Shown: piece by piece, positions 37,709-47,200 of the stretch
Layout of the letters: each line of letters starts with the position of its first letter
How positions within the stretch are numbered: position 1 is the first letter of the stretch
IMG/VR virus record: IMGVR_UViG_3300046328_001165
Span: 1 to 64,000 of that record
Origin: a virus
Length of the DNA stretch: 64,000 nucleotides
Strand: one strand, 5' to 3'
Notes under the pieces: model-generated
The model's database searches: none
The model's input: the letters and a program-made list of their open reading frames with translations, nothing else
What the model was told of the DNA's origin: nothing
Translations under genes and position numbers: made by a program

Positions 37709-39553
37709 ATGTACGAGATCGCATCTCTATCAAAGGTAGTCCGCCACGATGTCCAAACAGAGGTTAAGGTTCCAGCGCAGAACGGACGTAAGGCTTACTC
37801 GTATTTTCGCAATGCTAGCGCAGTTAAGAAAGGCGCTGCGGGTGTTGGCGCAGCTCTTGCTATTGGCGGACTGACTGCGGCGGCGATCGCGCTCAGGAAG
37901 AAGTCAGAAGAGTCAAATGCTTTGCCAGCACCAGTTGGGGTTCTCACTCCTATCGTTGCACCTCAATCCACTGCAAGTCGAGCTGGTGAGTTCGCCAAGA
38001 AAGCGGCGATCAAGGCTGGTAGGGTCGCAGGCGGAGCAGTCCTTAATGCTGCGGGAGCCGTAGTTATTGGTCAGGTCTCTGGACGTGTTATCAAGGAAGC
38101 AGTAAAAGACAGAAGATCTCCTGAGCAAAAAGCGGCAGCTTGGAAGCAAAAGGAGGAAGAAGAAAGAGAAGGGAGGGAAGCTCGATACGCCGCGTTTTTG
38201 CAATCAGATCCTAGGGCTACGGCGAAAGATAATATTGAATATCAAGAGGGGATGGCTCAGAGGGTCGTCGAAAGAGTTCGAGGCGAGGAGCTAGCGCCCC
38301 TCATTGAGCAGGATGTATCAAAATATCTCAAAGAAGTGGAAGTGGCGGAAAAAGATCTTCTAAGCAAGATGTCTAGACCCGATCGCCTGCCACCACCAAA
38401 GCCAAGACTAGAGGTTGGCGGAGCATTAGCCCCTGTCAACCAACCTCAAACCACTACACCCCCTATTCCAGATCGATTGCCATACAATCCTCGCGCACCC
38501 AAGGTGTCTACTAGCGGACTAACTTTTGCTGCAAGCGAACCTTCGGCACAACCTCAAAAACCCAAATTCGTCCAAGTTGCTGGTCAGGCTGGCGCTGCTT
38601 TGGGGCGCTTATATCGGCAAAGTAAAGAGCGGGATCGTATGGCTAGAGAAAATCTGGCGAATAATACCGTAGATCTTAATAAAGTCGCTGAAGGTGTAGG
38701 TCGAGGCGCTAGGTCTGTGTTGAGTGCTGTTGAGGGGTTCGCCCGTAAAGCCAAGCAAAGAGTTTCTGAAGATATCCAAACAATTGACATAAAAGCCGAA
38801 GAGGTAAAAGAGTCGAAGGCATCTGAGGATCTCAAGGGAGTTCAGACCAACGCGCTTCCCGAAGGTGGCAAGAGAAAACCTGGTCGCCCGAAGACCAAGT
38901 TTACGCCTAAAGATTTTATTAGCCCAGACAGTAAACGGGCGAGAAACAACTCCATTTATATGCGTATTGACAGCTTTGTTGATCGGCTCCGCAAGGATAC
39001 CCAAATCGAAGTCAAAGTCCCAGCGCAGAACGGGCGCAAGGCTTACTCGTATTTCCGCGAAGGCAATGAAGGCGAGGTGGGTTCTCCACGGATACCCTCC
39101 CGCAAAATTGTAGCGGGTGTTGGAGGCGCGATTGCGGCGGCTGGGTTGGCTGGATTAGCAGCGATCGCACTGAGAAACAGATCGGAAGCGATGAAGACTG
39201 TTGCGCCCGATGCGAAGCCTAAAAAAGCGATTGATATCAAAAAAGATATTGTTATCCCTTCAGTGATTGGGGCGAGTAAAATCGTTTTAACCGCAGAACT
39301 GGTGAAAGGTCTTAATGGTGTGGTATCTAAAGTTAGGGGAGTTAAACCCTCGGTGAAGGAAGAGTCGAAGACTGTTCCCGATCTGAAAGCCCCCAAGCCC
39401 GATCCTAGTGGCAAGGAAACGATTACGCCCGAAGAATCGGCAAAAGTAGATCCAGTAGTGGAAGTACCCTCCTTACCCGCCGAGCCAGAAGAGTCGAAGG
39501 TAGTTGCTCCAAAACGAGGAAGGAAGCCTCGCGCTGTCAAGCAGGCTTCGTAA
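37709..39553 (+). CDS. RxD cargo-family protein with two tandem modules
   Basis: R[HK]D..EVKVPAQNGRKAYSYFR plus a Gly/Ala helix occurs twice. Confidence 0.75.
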   Translation: MYEIASLSKVVRHDVQTEVKVPAQNGRKAYSYFRNASAVKKGAAGVGAALAIGGLTAAAIALRKKSEESNALPAPVGVLTPIVAPQSTASRAGEFAKKAAIKAGRVAGGAVLNAAGAVVIGQVSGRVIKEAVKDRRSPEQKAAAWKQKEEEEREGREARYAAFLQSDPRATAKDNIEYQEGMAQRVVERVRGEELAPLIEQDVSKYLKEVEVAEKDLLSKMSRPDRLPPPKPRLEVGGALAPVNQPQTTTPPIPDRLPYNPRAPKVSTSGLTFAASEPSAQPQKPKFVQVAGQAGAALGRLYRQSKERDRMARENLANNTVDLNKVAEGVGRGARSVLSAVEGFARKAKQRVSEDIQTIDIKAEEVKESKASEDLKGVQTNALPEGGKRKPGRPKTKFTPKDFISPDSKRARNNSIYMRIDSFVDRLRKDTQIEVKVPAQNGRKAYSYFREGNEGEVGSPRIPSRKIVAGVGGAIAAAGLAGLAAIALRNRSEAMKTVAPDAKPKKAIDIKKDIVIPSVIGASKIVLTAELVKGLNGVVSKVRGVKPSVKEESKTVPDLKAPKPDPSGKETITPEESAKVDPVVEVPSLPAEPEESKVVAPKRGRKPRAVKQAS

Positions 39554-39580
39554 TCACAGAAAAATGGCAGACAGGTAATC

Positions 39581-42208
39581 ATGTACGCGATCGCACCAAC
39601 ACCAGTAATTCAAAACGCAGATCCACTCGCAGCCAGAAAGATAATCGCGAGAATATTAACTCGCATAATTTCTCGCGCTTACGGAAGCATCGACCAAATC
39701 GTTAGTATCGACATTGCTGATGATGGTCTGATTACCTGTCTATTTCGTGACGACGACAAAGATCGAAAGTTAATTCGATTAGTGTTAGGCGATCGCGCTG
39801 AATACAGACAAATTCTTGATGGGCGTAATGATTCGCTAAATATCGATACAGATCAGTATTTAGTCGCGTATGCCAATAGTATTGGTCAGCGTACCGACAA
39901 GGTATCTAAACCGAATAACTGCAAAATAGGTACATCCTGTAAGGGCGCTTGCATCTCTAAGACCGATGTTTGTCGTGTCGATGTACCAGAGGTTTTGAAT
40001 AGGCAGGAGATTTCCGATCTGAATGACGCGGTAAACGACGTTCAGAGGGCAAAATTTGTTGGTGTTGCGCCAGTTTCGGACGAACTTGATAGCAAGAATA
40101 TTCGCGAATTGAAGGATGAAGCCCGTAAAAGGGGCGTGTACCGCTATTCGTACATGAATCAATCTCAGTTGCGAGAGTCTATTCGTTTGCAACAGGCTAA
40201 TCCCGAACGCCAAAATATTGTGCGAGAAGGGCTAAGCCGTAATGCGGCGAGTAAGAAAGCGCTCAAAAGCTTACTGCCTCAGCCTGTGGCTGGAGCATGG
40301 AAAGACATTGAGAAAATCAGTAAATTCTTTGGCGACAATCGCCCTGCGGCAGGAGTATTGGCGGCAAGCGTATTGCTAGGTATTCCATCGTCGGTAATGC
40401 TTTCAGCTCGCGATCGCTACAAAGAAGGCTTACCCGAATCGGCACTAATGGCATATCAAAGATCGCAAACCACCCCCGTAGAGCCAACTAGCAAACCTCA
40501 AATCACTTTTGCTGTAGGTGGGTTCTCTAATCTCGGATCTTCGGGCAGTAAAGTTGCTGAATACTTGAAGACACCTTTAGACACATCGAAGCGCGAGCAG
40601 TGGTTTAACAAGACCCAAGAAATCATCGCCTTTGATAGTCCTGAATTTAATGTTCCTCCTACAAAAATCGACAAAAAAGACAAGGATGGTAAATACAATC
40701 CGTTGTACTTGGGGTATGTTGCCAAGGAAAGTTTTGGTAAATATCTAAGCAATGTTGTAGGCGGCAGAAATGAAGCTGCTGTAGACTTGGCTTCCAAGTT
40801 ATATGCTTATGGCTCCAAGTACCGTAACAAACCTTTAAACGTCGTTAGCTATGGTTCTGGTGGCAATGTAATCGACGAAGCTGCGGAAATCGTTAGCCGC
40901 ATCAAGCCAGAAAAGGGGCTTGATGGCAGGGAGATCTTAAAGCGGCTAAATATTGCCAGACTTGGCGGAGCCTCTTTTGGTTTAACTGGTGGCACAACTC
41001 AAGACGAAAAGAACTGGGCAAGTATTAATAACCGTACTATCACGTCAAAAAACGATCCGTTTTCGATCCTACCCAAGAGGTTCTCTCAATTTGTTAGCTC
41101 TGTAAAGGGTGGTGAGATTGAGGATTACCTGACGAATAGCGATGCTAGAGACAAGATTCGTGAGGTGTTTGGCTTCTTCTCCAACTCTGCTGCGGGAAGT
41201 AAGATAACCAATGAAGCGAGTGACGAGATCAAGAAATCCTTGAAGGATGTAGCTAAGACGATCAATCCAAAGCTCGGAAAGTTGGCGAACCTGATTGACG
41301 GCATCTCGTCGAAATACTCAAACAACCCCGTAGCGGCGGCGATCGATACTGCTGGGGCTTTAGCTGTCACGGGTGTTGCCGTGGTCGCTAAGTCCAAGCT
41401 TAATTACAAAGAGAATCTTGGCAACTCGGCAAGCAAAGCTCAGGAGATGGTTTCTAGTGGGCAGGTCTCCCCCATCTCCATTTCCAAGCCCAACGTTATT
41501 ATCACTGTCGGAGATGCCGAGATAGATGGCGATGAGATGAAGAGAAAAATCGAAGGCGCAAAACAAAGCTCTGGGCGGGGGTTGGTAGCGAATAACTACC
41601 TAAATAACAGTGAAGTAATTGCATTTGACAGACCTTTTCTAACACCGCCCTCAAGGAATAAATTTATGGCTCCTGTAGATCTAATGGCAAAGACCTATGA
41701 AGCTGTTATGAATAGAACGCTAGCAGCGGGTACAGATCCAGAAGCCATTCGACTGGCTGCAAATATTTACGCGATCGCAAACACCCCCTACGCGGGTACT
41801 GCTAACTCCTATCCGTCTGTCTCCGTCGTGGGACTGAAGCAGGGTGGCGAAACAACGAAAAGGGCTTTGGATATTTTGGAAAAAATGACCAAGGTTCAGG
41901 TTGGGGCAAAGGCAGATCCCAATATAGTTGGTGGAAGATCTGTTTCCTCTGGTCAGGTGCATATCATCACGTTAGGAACCCCTGAACTCGATTTCGGGGG
42001 TAAAGGCGCAAACGCCGCTAGAAATGATTTATGGGTAGATGGGGACATATTTGGGCAAACACCTTTAAAAGGGTCTGCCCCATCGTACATCTCTACACAA
42101 GGTAATGGCAGTGCTAGTGATTACCTTGAAGCTCCTGTGGTTGCGGATCTATTGGGCAAGCTATCCTCAACCTCGTTTGCGAGAGCGAAGAAAAATAGGA
42201 GGCAGTAA
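39581..42208 (+). CDS. RxD cargo-family protein: Cys4 module, Rho-N-like HeH and two degenerate alpha/beta-hydrolase-like repeats
   Basis: QRTD..CKIGTSCKGACISKTDVC; KNIRELKDEARKRGVYRYSYMNQSQL; KPQITFAVGG / KPNVIITVGD, VVSYGSGG / VVGLKQGG. Confidence 0.7.
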   Translation: MYAIAPTPVIQNADPLAARKIIARILTRIISRAYGSIDQIVSIDIADDGLITCLFRDDDKDRKLIRLVLGDRAEYRQILDGRNDSLNIDTDQYLVAYANSIGQRTDKVSKPNNCKIGTSCKGACISKTDVCRVDVPEVLNRQEISDLNDAVNDVQRAKFVGVAPVSDELDSKNIRELKDEARKRGVYRYSYMNQSQLRESIRLQQANPERQNIVREGLSRNAASKKALKSLLPQPVAGAWKDIEKISKFFGDNRPAAGVLAASVLLGIPSSVMLSARDRYKEGLPESALMAYQRSQTTPVEPTSKPQITFAVGGFSNLGSSGSKVAEYLKTPLDTSKREQWFNKTQEIIAFDSPEFNVPPTKIDKKDKDGKYNPLYLGYVAKESFGKYLSNVVGGRNEAAVDLASKLYAYGSKYRNKPLNVVSYGSGGNVIDEAAEIVSRIKPEKGLDGREILKRLNIARLGGASFGLTGGTTQDEKNWASINNRTITSKNDPFSILPKRFSQFVSSVKGGEIEDYLTNSDARDKIREVFGFFSNSAAGSKITNEASDEIKKSLKDVAKTINPKLGKLANLIDGISSKYSNNPVAAAIDTAGALAVTGVAVVAKSKLNYKENLGNSASKAQEMVSSGQVSPISISKPNVIITVGDAEIDGDEMKRKIEGAKQSSGRGLVANNYLNNSEVIAFDRPFLTPPSRNKFMAPVDLMAKTYEAVMNRTLAAGTDPEAIRLAANIYAIANTPYAGTANSYPSVSVVGLKQGGETTKRALDILEKMTKVQVGAKADPNIVGGRSVSSGQVHIITLGTPELDFGGKGANAARNDLWVDGDIFGQTPLKGSAPSYISTQGNGSASDYLEAPVVADLLGKLSSTSFARAKKNRRQ

Positions 42209-42666
42209 TGAAATTAGATACCAAAATCAAGGTTGACGTGCCAGCAGCGCAAGGGCGAAAAGCGTACAGCTACGCTTTAGCTCTTAAAAGCCTAAAGCGA
42301 CGCGAAAAAAGGGCTCAGTCTAATTCAGACTCAAGCAGATTAGACACAACATGCGATCGCGGCAAACCATGCCAAGGCGAAGACGGACAAACTTACTGCA
42401 TCCCCCAAGGGGCTACCTGCGGTAAAGGCAAGGTCGGCAGAATCATCAAAGGTGTTGCTGGCGCGGTTGGTCGCGGCGTGATTACTGGCTTAACTGCCGC
42501 CGCGATCGCCAAACTTGCTAGCAAGGGTAAGGCTGGGTTGAAAGAGGATTTTAATACGGCGAAGATCATTTTTAATGCGGGTCGCACCACTGGCAAGATT
42601 GAGTCCAAGGTGGCGAATGGGGTCAAAGCTGTTAGTCGGATAATTAAGAACCGAGGTAAGAAATGA
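42208..42666 (+). CDS. RxD cargo-family protein carrying both module types
   Basis: KLD..VDVPAAQGRKAYSY; RLDTTCDRGKPC...CIPQGATC; hydrophobic helix. Confidence 0.7.
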   Translation: MKLDTKIKVDVPAAQGRKAYSYALALKSLKRREKRAQSNSDSSRLDTTCDRGKPCQGEDGQTYCIPQGATCGKGKVGRIIKGVAGAVGRGVITGLTAAAIAKLASKGKAGLKEDFNTAKIIFNAGRTTGKIESKVANGVKAVSRIIKNRGKK

Positions 42667-43778
42667 CAAGAGATTTAGCGGACGACCTAGCCTACCTTGA
42701 GGGGCAGATATCCGTGGCTCTACGCCATGATGCTGGCAGAAAGCTCAAATGTAAAGAAGGCTACGTTCAGCGCGGGAATGCCTGCCAAAAAGTCACTAAG
42801 AAGGCTTCTGGAGGTAATCTCGCGAGGAGTATTGGTACGGGCTTGGGTGTTGCGGCTTTAGCTGGAGGTGCGGCGGCTGGAGTGGCGATCGCGTCAAGAC
42901 GGGGCAGTCAATCAGGCAATTCGCCTGTAAGCAAACCAGATACTTTGCCTGCAAAAATCGAGACGGTTTCCTCGGCTTTACTCCCCAAAAGAAGAGAATT
43001 GATCGCGTATAAAGCGTCAAAGGTGCTCTCAGATAAGCGGGTTCGCAAAGCGGCGATCGCGGCAGGTAGTACTGGAGCTGTAATTGCAACAGTTGTCGGA
43101 ATAGGCAGTGTAAAGCTAACCAAAGATTATGCGGTTAAAGACATTGCATTGATAATGACCTACAAGCAGAGCTTGATACTAGGGAAAGCCGCAGATCGCA
43201 TCCTAGATAAATCCGATATAAACCCAGACTTAAAAGGTAAGGCTAAGGACTTGATTGGTATGACCAAATTAGCCTTGGCTAGAAAAACTATGTCCGTCAA
43301 GGGTCGCGACCTTATCGATGTGGATAAGGAGTCAAACAGCTTTACATATAGAGACAGAAAGAATGGAGGGATTTATACAGTAGCTTCTGTTGGTCCAGCC
43401 TTGTATACCTTTACCAGCGTGTTTAAAAAAGAGGTTTCCGCAGGGAAAGTTTACGAGGTTTCTTTTGCTATAAACGAATCCAACAATAGGGAAGAATCAG
43501 CGAATCTTGGGGCTTCAGGAGCTAAGCAAATTATAAGATTAACAAGACAGTCTTTCGACAAGCATGTTGAAGCCGTGCCCGACAATGTAATTCTAACCGC
43601 AGGTGCTTACGACAAAGATGGTGCAGGAAAAAAGCGTAAAAACATCTATGAGAATGTCGGTTTTGCCCCTATGGAGGGTCAAGATCCTATGGTCTTGTAC
43701 GCAGCAAAGAAGGATGGAAAACTTCAGCCGCTGTCGAGTGTCTACAGCGTGAAGAAACCCCCAGAAGCTAAGACTTAA
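42663..43778 (+). CDS. RxD cargo-family protein with C-terminal GNAT-like domain
   Basis: LRHDA..KCKEGYVQRGNAC; two hydrophobic helices; YEVSFAIN...KRKNIYENVGF. Confidence 0.65.
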   Translation: MTRDLADDLAYLEGQISVALRHDAGRKLKCKEGYVQRGNACQKVTKKASGGNLARSIGTGLGVAALAGGAAAGVAIASRRGSQSGNSPVSKPDTLPAKIETVSSALLPKRRELIAYKASKVLSDKRVRKAAIAAGSTGAVIATVVGIGSVKLTKDYAVKDIALIMTYKQSLILGKAADRILDKSDINPDLKGKAKDLIGMTKLALARKTMSVKGRDLIDVDKESNSFTYRDRKNGGIYTVASVGPALYTFTSVFKKEVSAGKVYEVSFAINESNNREESANLGASGAKQIIRLTRQSFDKHVEAVPDNVILTAGAYDKDGAGKKRKNIYENVGFAPMEGQDPMVLYAAKKDGKLQPLSSVYSVKKPPEAKT

Positions 43779-43836
43779 TCATGAGGTTTATAACAGGCGA
43801 TGATCGCGCTATAATGCCACAAAACTATGTAAAGCG

Positions 43837-44181
43837 ATGAGAAAGATCTTAATCGGATTAACGGGTGGATTGGCAGCTATTATAGTTTTCAACCACATTC
43901 GCGCTGACCTTGCAGCCTCAGCCATACACAAGGAATACAAGCGATGTGAAACAGGCTATAAGCTTCTAGGTAAAAAGGAGCGCTTTTTAAAAAATCTTGC
44001 AGAATCAGGCGAGAGTCAGGAAAAACATGCATCCACAATAAAAAGCATGGATGAGGTGGAGGATAGTTGTGCAAAATACAGTAAATACTTCGGCGAGTGG
44101 GGCGAAGGGAGAATCAAGCCATCAGACAATCTGGTATGGGCGTTATTGTCGCGATATGAGCCAGAAAAATTAAAGCAGTAG
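43837..44181 (+). CDS. Small N-terminally anchored membrane/secreted protein (moron-like)
   Basis: MRKILIGLTGGLAAIIVF; TATAAT upstream and a hairpin downstream. Confidence 0.7.
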   Translation: MRKILIGLTGGLAAIIVFNHIRADLAASAIHKEYKRCETGYKLLGKKERFLKNLAESGESQEKHASTIKSMDEVEDSCAKYSKYFGEWGEGRIKPSDNLVWALLSRYEPEKLKQ

Positions 44182-44191
44182 TGAACACCAT

Positions 44192-44227
44192 AAAAATAAC
44201 TGAGAAGAATATTTCTCGGTTATTTTT
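44192..44227. terminator. Hairpin terminator
   Basis: AAAAATAACTGAGAA...TTCTCGGTTATTTTT. Confidence 0.6.
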
Positions 44228-47200
44228 ATGGCTTCCCAGCAAACAAACGTTGTCGAGATCTTAATACAAGCCAAAGATCAAGCCTCAAAGACGATTGGCA
44301 CATTAAGCGACTCACTTGGCACGGCTGGAGCCGCAGCTCAGTTTGCTCAGGGAAAAATAACAGCTCTTGGTGGCGCATTGCTCACCACGTCTGTTTCTGG
44401 TATCAAGTCTTTAGGGTTGTTAGGTAGCGCGATTCAGTCGATTCGCTCGTCACTGGATACCCCTGTTGGGCAAACATTGATCCAACAGATCTCCTTGGCA
44501 GCGGACGAGGCTCTTGGCAAAGCAGCTAAACTCTCGACGCTAGTTAAAGAAGTATCTGGTGTATCCAAGGATTTTGGATCGGGCTTTGCGTCAAGGTCTT
44601 CGAGTAGCACGATTCAGCTATTCGACCCGTCGGTAACTGGGAAGCAGTTAGAAAACGTAGTTATCAAGACGGCTGATACATTTTCTAGGTCTCTTGAACA
44701 AAAGGTTAGAAATTCCGATCTAGCAACAGCGTTTGAATCCAAACTCGGCGTAAGTATAGATTCGATCGCTTCTCAGTTGGACAGCTCACTGTCTGAAACT
44801 CTTCTTTCAGGATTTGTGGGTAAGACGCTACCCAGCGCCCTTGACACGGCGTTAGGTAGCGTCTTCGGCGTGAACCTCACCTCAAAAATTGTTCAATCTA
44901 TACAAGCCGCAGGTAAGTCAAACCTTCTTGGCGGAGCTGTTGGTAAACTGGCTCAGGGGTCCGTAAGCGGGGCGGCAAGAGAATTGGTGATCGGAGAGCT
45001 AACCCCAAATCTTGAAGGGGCGCAGTTGGCTGGAGCCAAACTGTCTAATGTCTTTGGTAAGAAAGTAGCTCAAGCGGTATTAGGAGAAAGAACTCCTGCT
45101 AGCGCAGAATTTAAGCAGATTGACGAGCAATTAGGTGGGGCGCTTGGTGATGTCATTAGCCGCCTTGGGCAAAGATTCCCTGATGTTCTTGGAAAAAGCG
45201 ACCTCCCTATCGGCAAGTTACTTGCCACCAAGTTGAGGGGGCTTGCTGAGGTTACATCAAAAAACGAATTACAGGCAGCAGGGAATCTGTTTGTTGAAAC
45301 AGCCTTTTCTGGGTTAAGGGGCATTCGCAAGGACTTTTTGGGCGACGACTTGAATGCGGTTTTTGATCTTGTCATAGCACCAGCTTTCGACGCTCAGAAG
45401 GAAAACCTGAAAAAGCTGATTGGCATAGATTCCGACACATTTTCTCAAGGGTTTTTAGACCCGCTCAAAAAAGCGTCTAAAAATCTAGCGAAGGGCTTTG
45501 ACGACAGCTTAGAGGCAGGGCTTGGTGCGCTAGGGAATGGAGGTGCAATCGCCGAGTACTTGGGGGATGTTGATGAGTTTTTAGGTGGTGGGATAACAGA
45601 AGCCTTATCTCTTGCGGGGAATAAAGCCGCCTCCAGTTTTGCTGACGGGTTTAGAAGCGCAATTTTTGAGGAAATTACTGGCGTAATCGACAATGTTGAC
45701 GCTTTTGTTCTGGGAAATTTAGAACAGGTTAAACAGATCCCCCAGAAGCTTACACAGCCCGTTGGCTTGGTGTCATTGGTTGCAGATCCACTCGCGGGTG
45801 CTACCGAGCCGCTAGAGCTTTTTGAGTTGCTTGAAGCGGGTGCGGGTAAGGCAACCAACGCCATTTTTGAGGTTTCTCAGCGACTAACATTCCTTTCTTT
45901 TGGCTTTCAAGCTCTCCAAGGTTTCGTTCAAAACGGTCCATTCGATCTGCTTATTGGGCAGAATGCGAGACTGCAAGAACAACTTCTAGCGACACAGGCG
46001 AGCCTTGTAGCCACAAACAAGATTCTTCAGAATGGCGTCGTAATTTCCGATCCGACAGCAGCTATCAAGGCTTTGGGTCCTGCGGTTGAAGGTGCGATCG
46101 CCAAAATTCGGAAAGACTCACTAGAGCTTGTCGGCGTAACCTCCAAAGATCTCGTAGATTTATTTCAGATTGTTGCTGGTCAGGCAAGTAATATTGGGGC
46201 GAACCTAGATCAGTCCGCCAATATTGTCACGTCAACCGCTGCTGCGCTCGGAACTCTAGGCATCCCTTTGTTTCAGGCAAGGCAAGAAATCACCTCAATC
46301 GTGCAGGGGACGATTGACCAAAACTCTTTGCTAGCCAAAAACTTGAATCTCAACAATGAGATGGTCAACAAGTGGAAGGCACAGGGAACCTTCGTTGACG
46401 AGCTGTTAAAAAGACTGGAAGCGTTTAGGGCGGGGAACAAACTCGCCAGTCAGACGATATCGGGGATTACGAGTAACATTACCGAACTTTTTGATGAGAT
46501 TGGACGCAAGGCAGGGGCTAAATTTTTAAGCCCGATTGTCAAGGAATTGGACAATGTTTATCAGTTTCTTGCGGCAAACCAAGAGACGATTTCAGCCCAA
46601 GTTGAGCAGCTTGTTTCTACGTTATTCGTAGCCTTTGACAAGATCGTAGTCCTGTTTAAGTCTTTGGGAGATCCGATCGCCAAAATCTTTGGTGGCATTC
46701 CTGCTTACTTAACAGGTTCGTTGGTCGGGGCTATTACCGCGTTCTCTGATGCAATAGTTTTTACCGTAAACGTTCTCAAGCCAGCTATCTCTGTGTTTGC
46801 CGAGGTTTTTAAACTTATTGCGCCGCTAGGGGGCTTATTTATAACGGCTTCCATCGGTGCAAAGGTCCTATCCGCAGGGATACTAGGTCTGGGGCAAGGG
46901 TTTGGGTTTCTCGCAAAACTTCTACCTGGTCTTGGCGAACTACTCTTTCTTGTTGATAAGAGATCTAACAGTCTTTTTAATCAGTTTCTAAACCTTACAT
47001 CGGTATTAGGTAATAGGGGAGCGGCAGGTTTTCTAACCTTTGCGGCAAATTTAGACAAGATACCTGGAGCCGCAGGTTTCGCTACCAAGCAATTGCAGGG
47101 TCTTCTTGGTAGTCTAGCTCCTTTGTCTGGGTTTCTGGTCTCTTTAGCGCCTCAAGTCGGGGGGTTGGGAATAAAGCTGGCGGGTTTAGCCCAGGCGTTT

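Noticed and set aside
37760-39060. Repeat pair as a diversity-generating retroelement TR/VR
   Set aside because: Differences are mostly synonymous and not adenine-specific, and there is no reverse transcriptase in the window.
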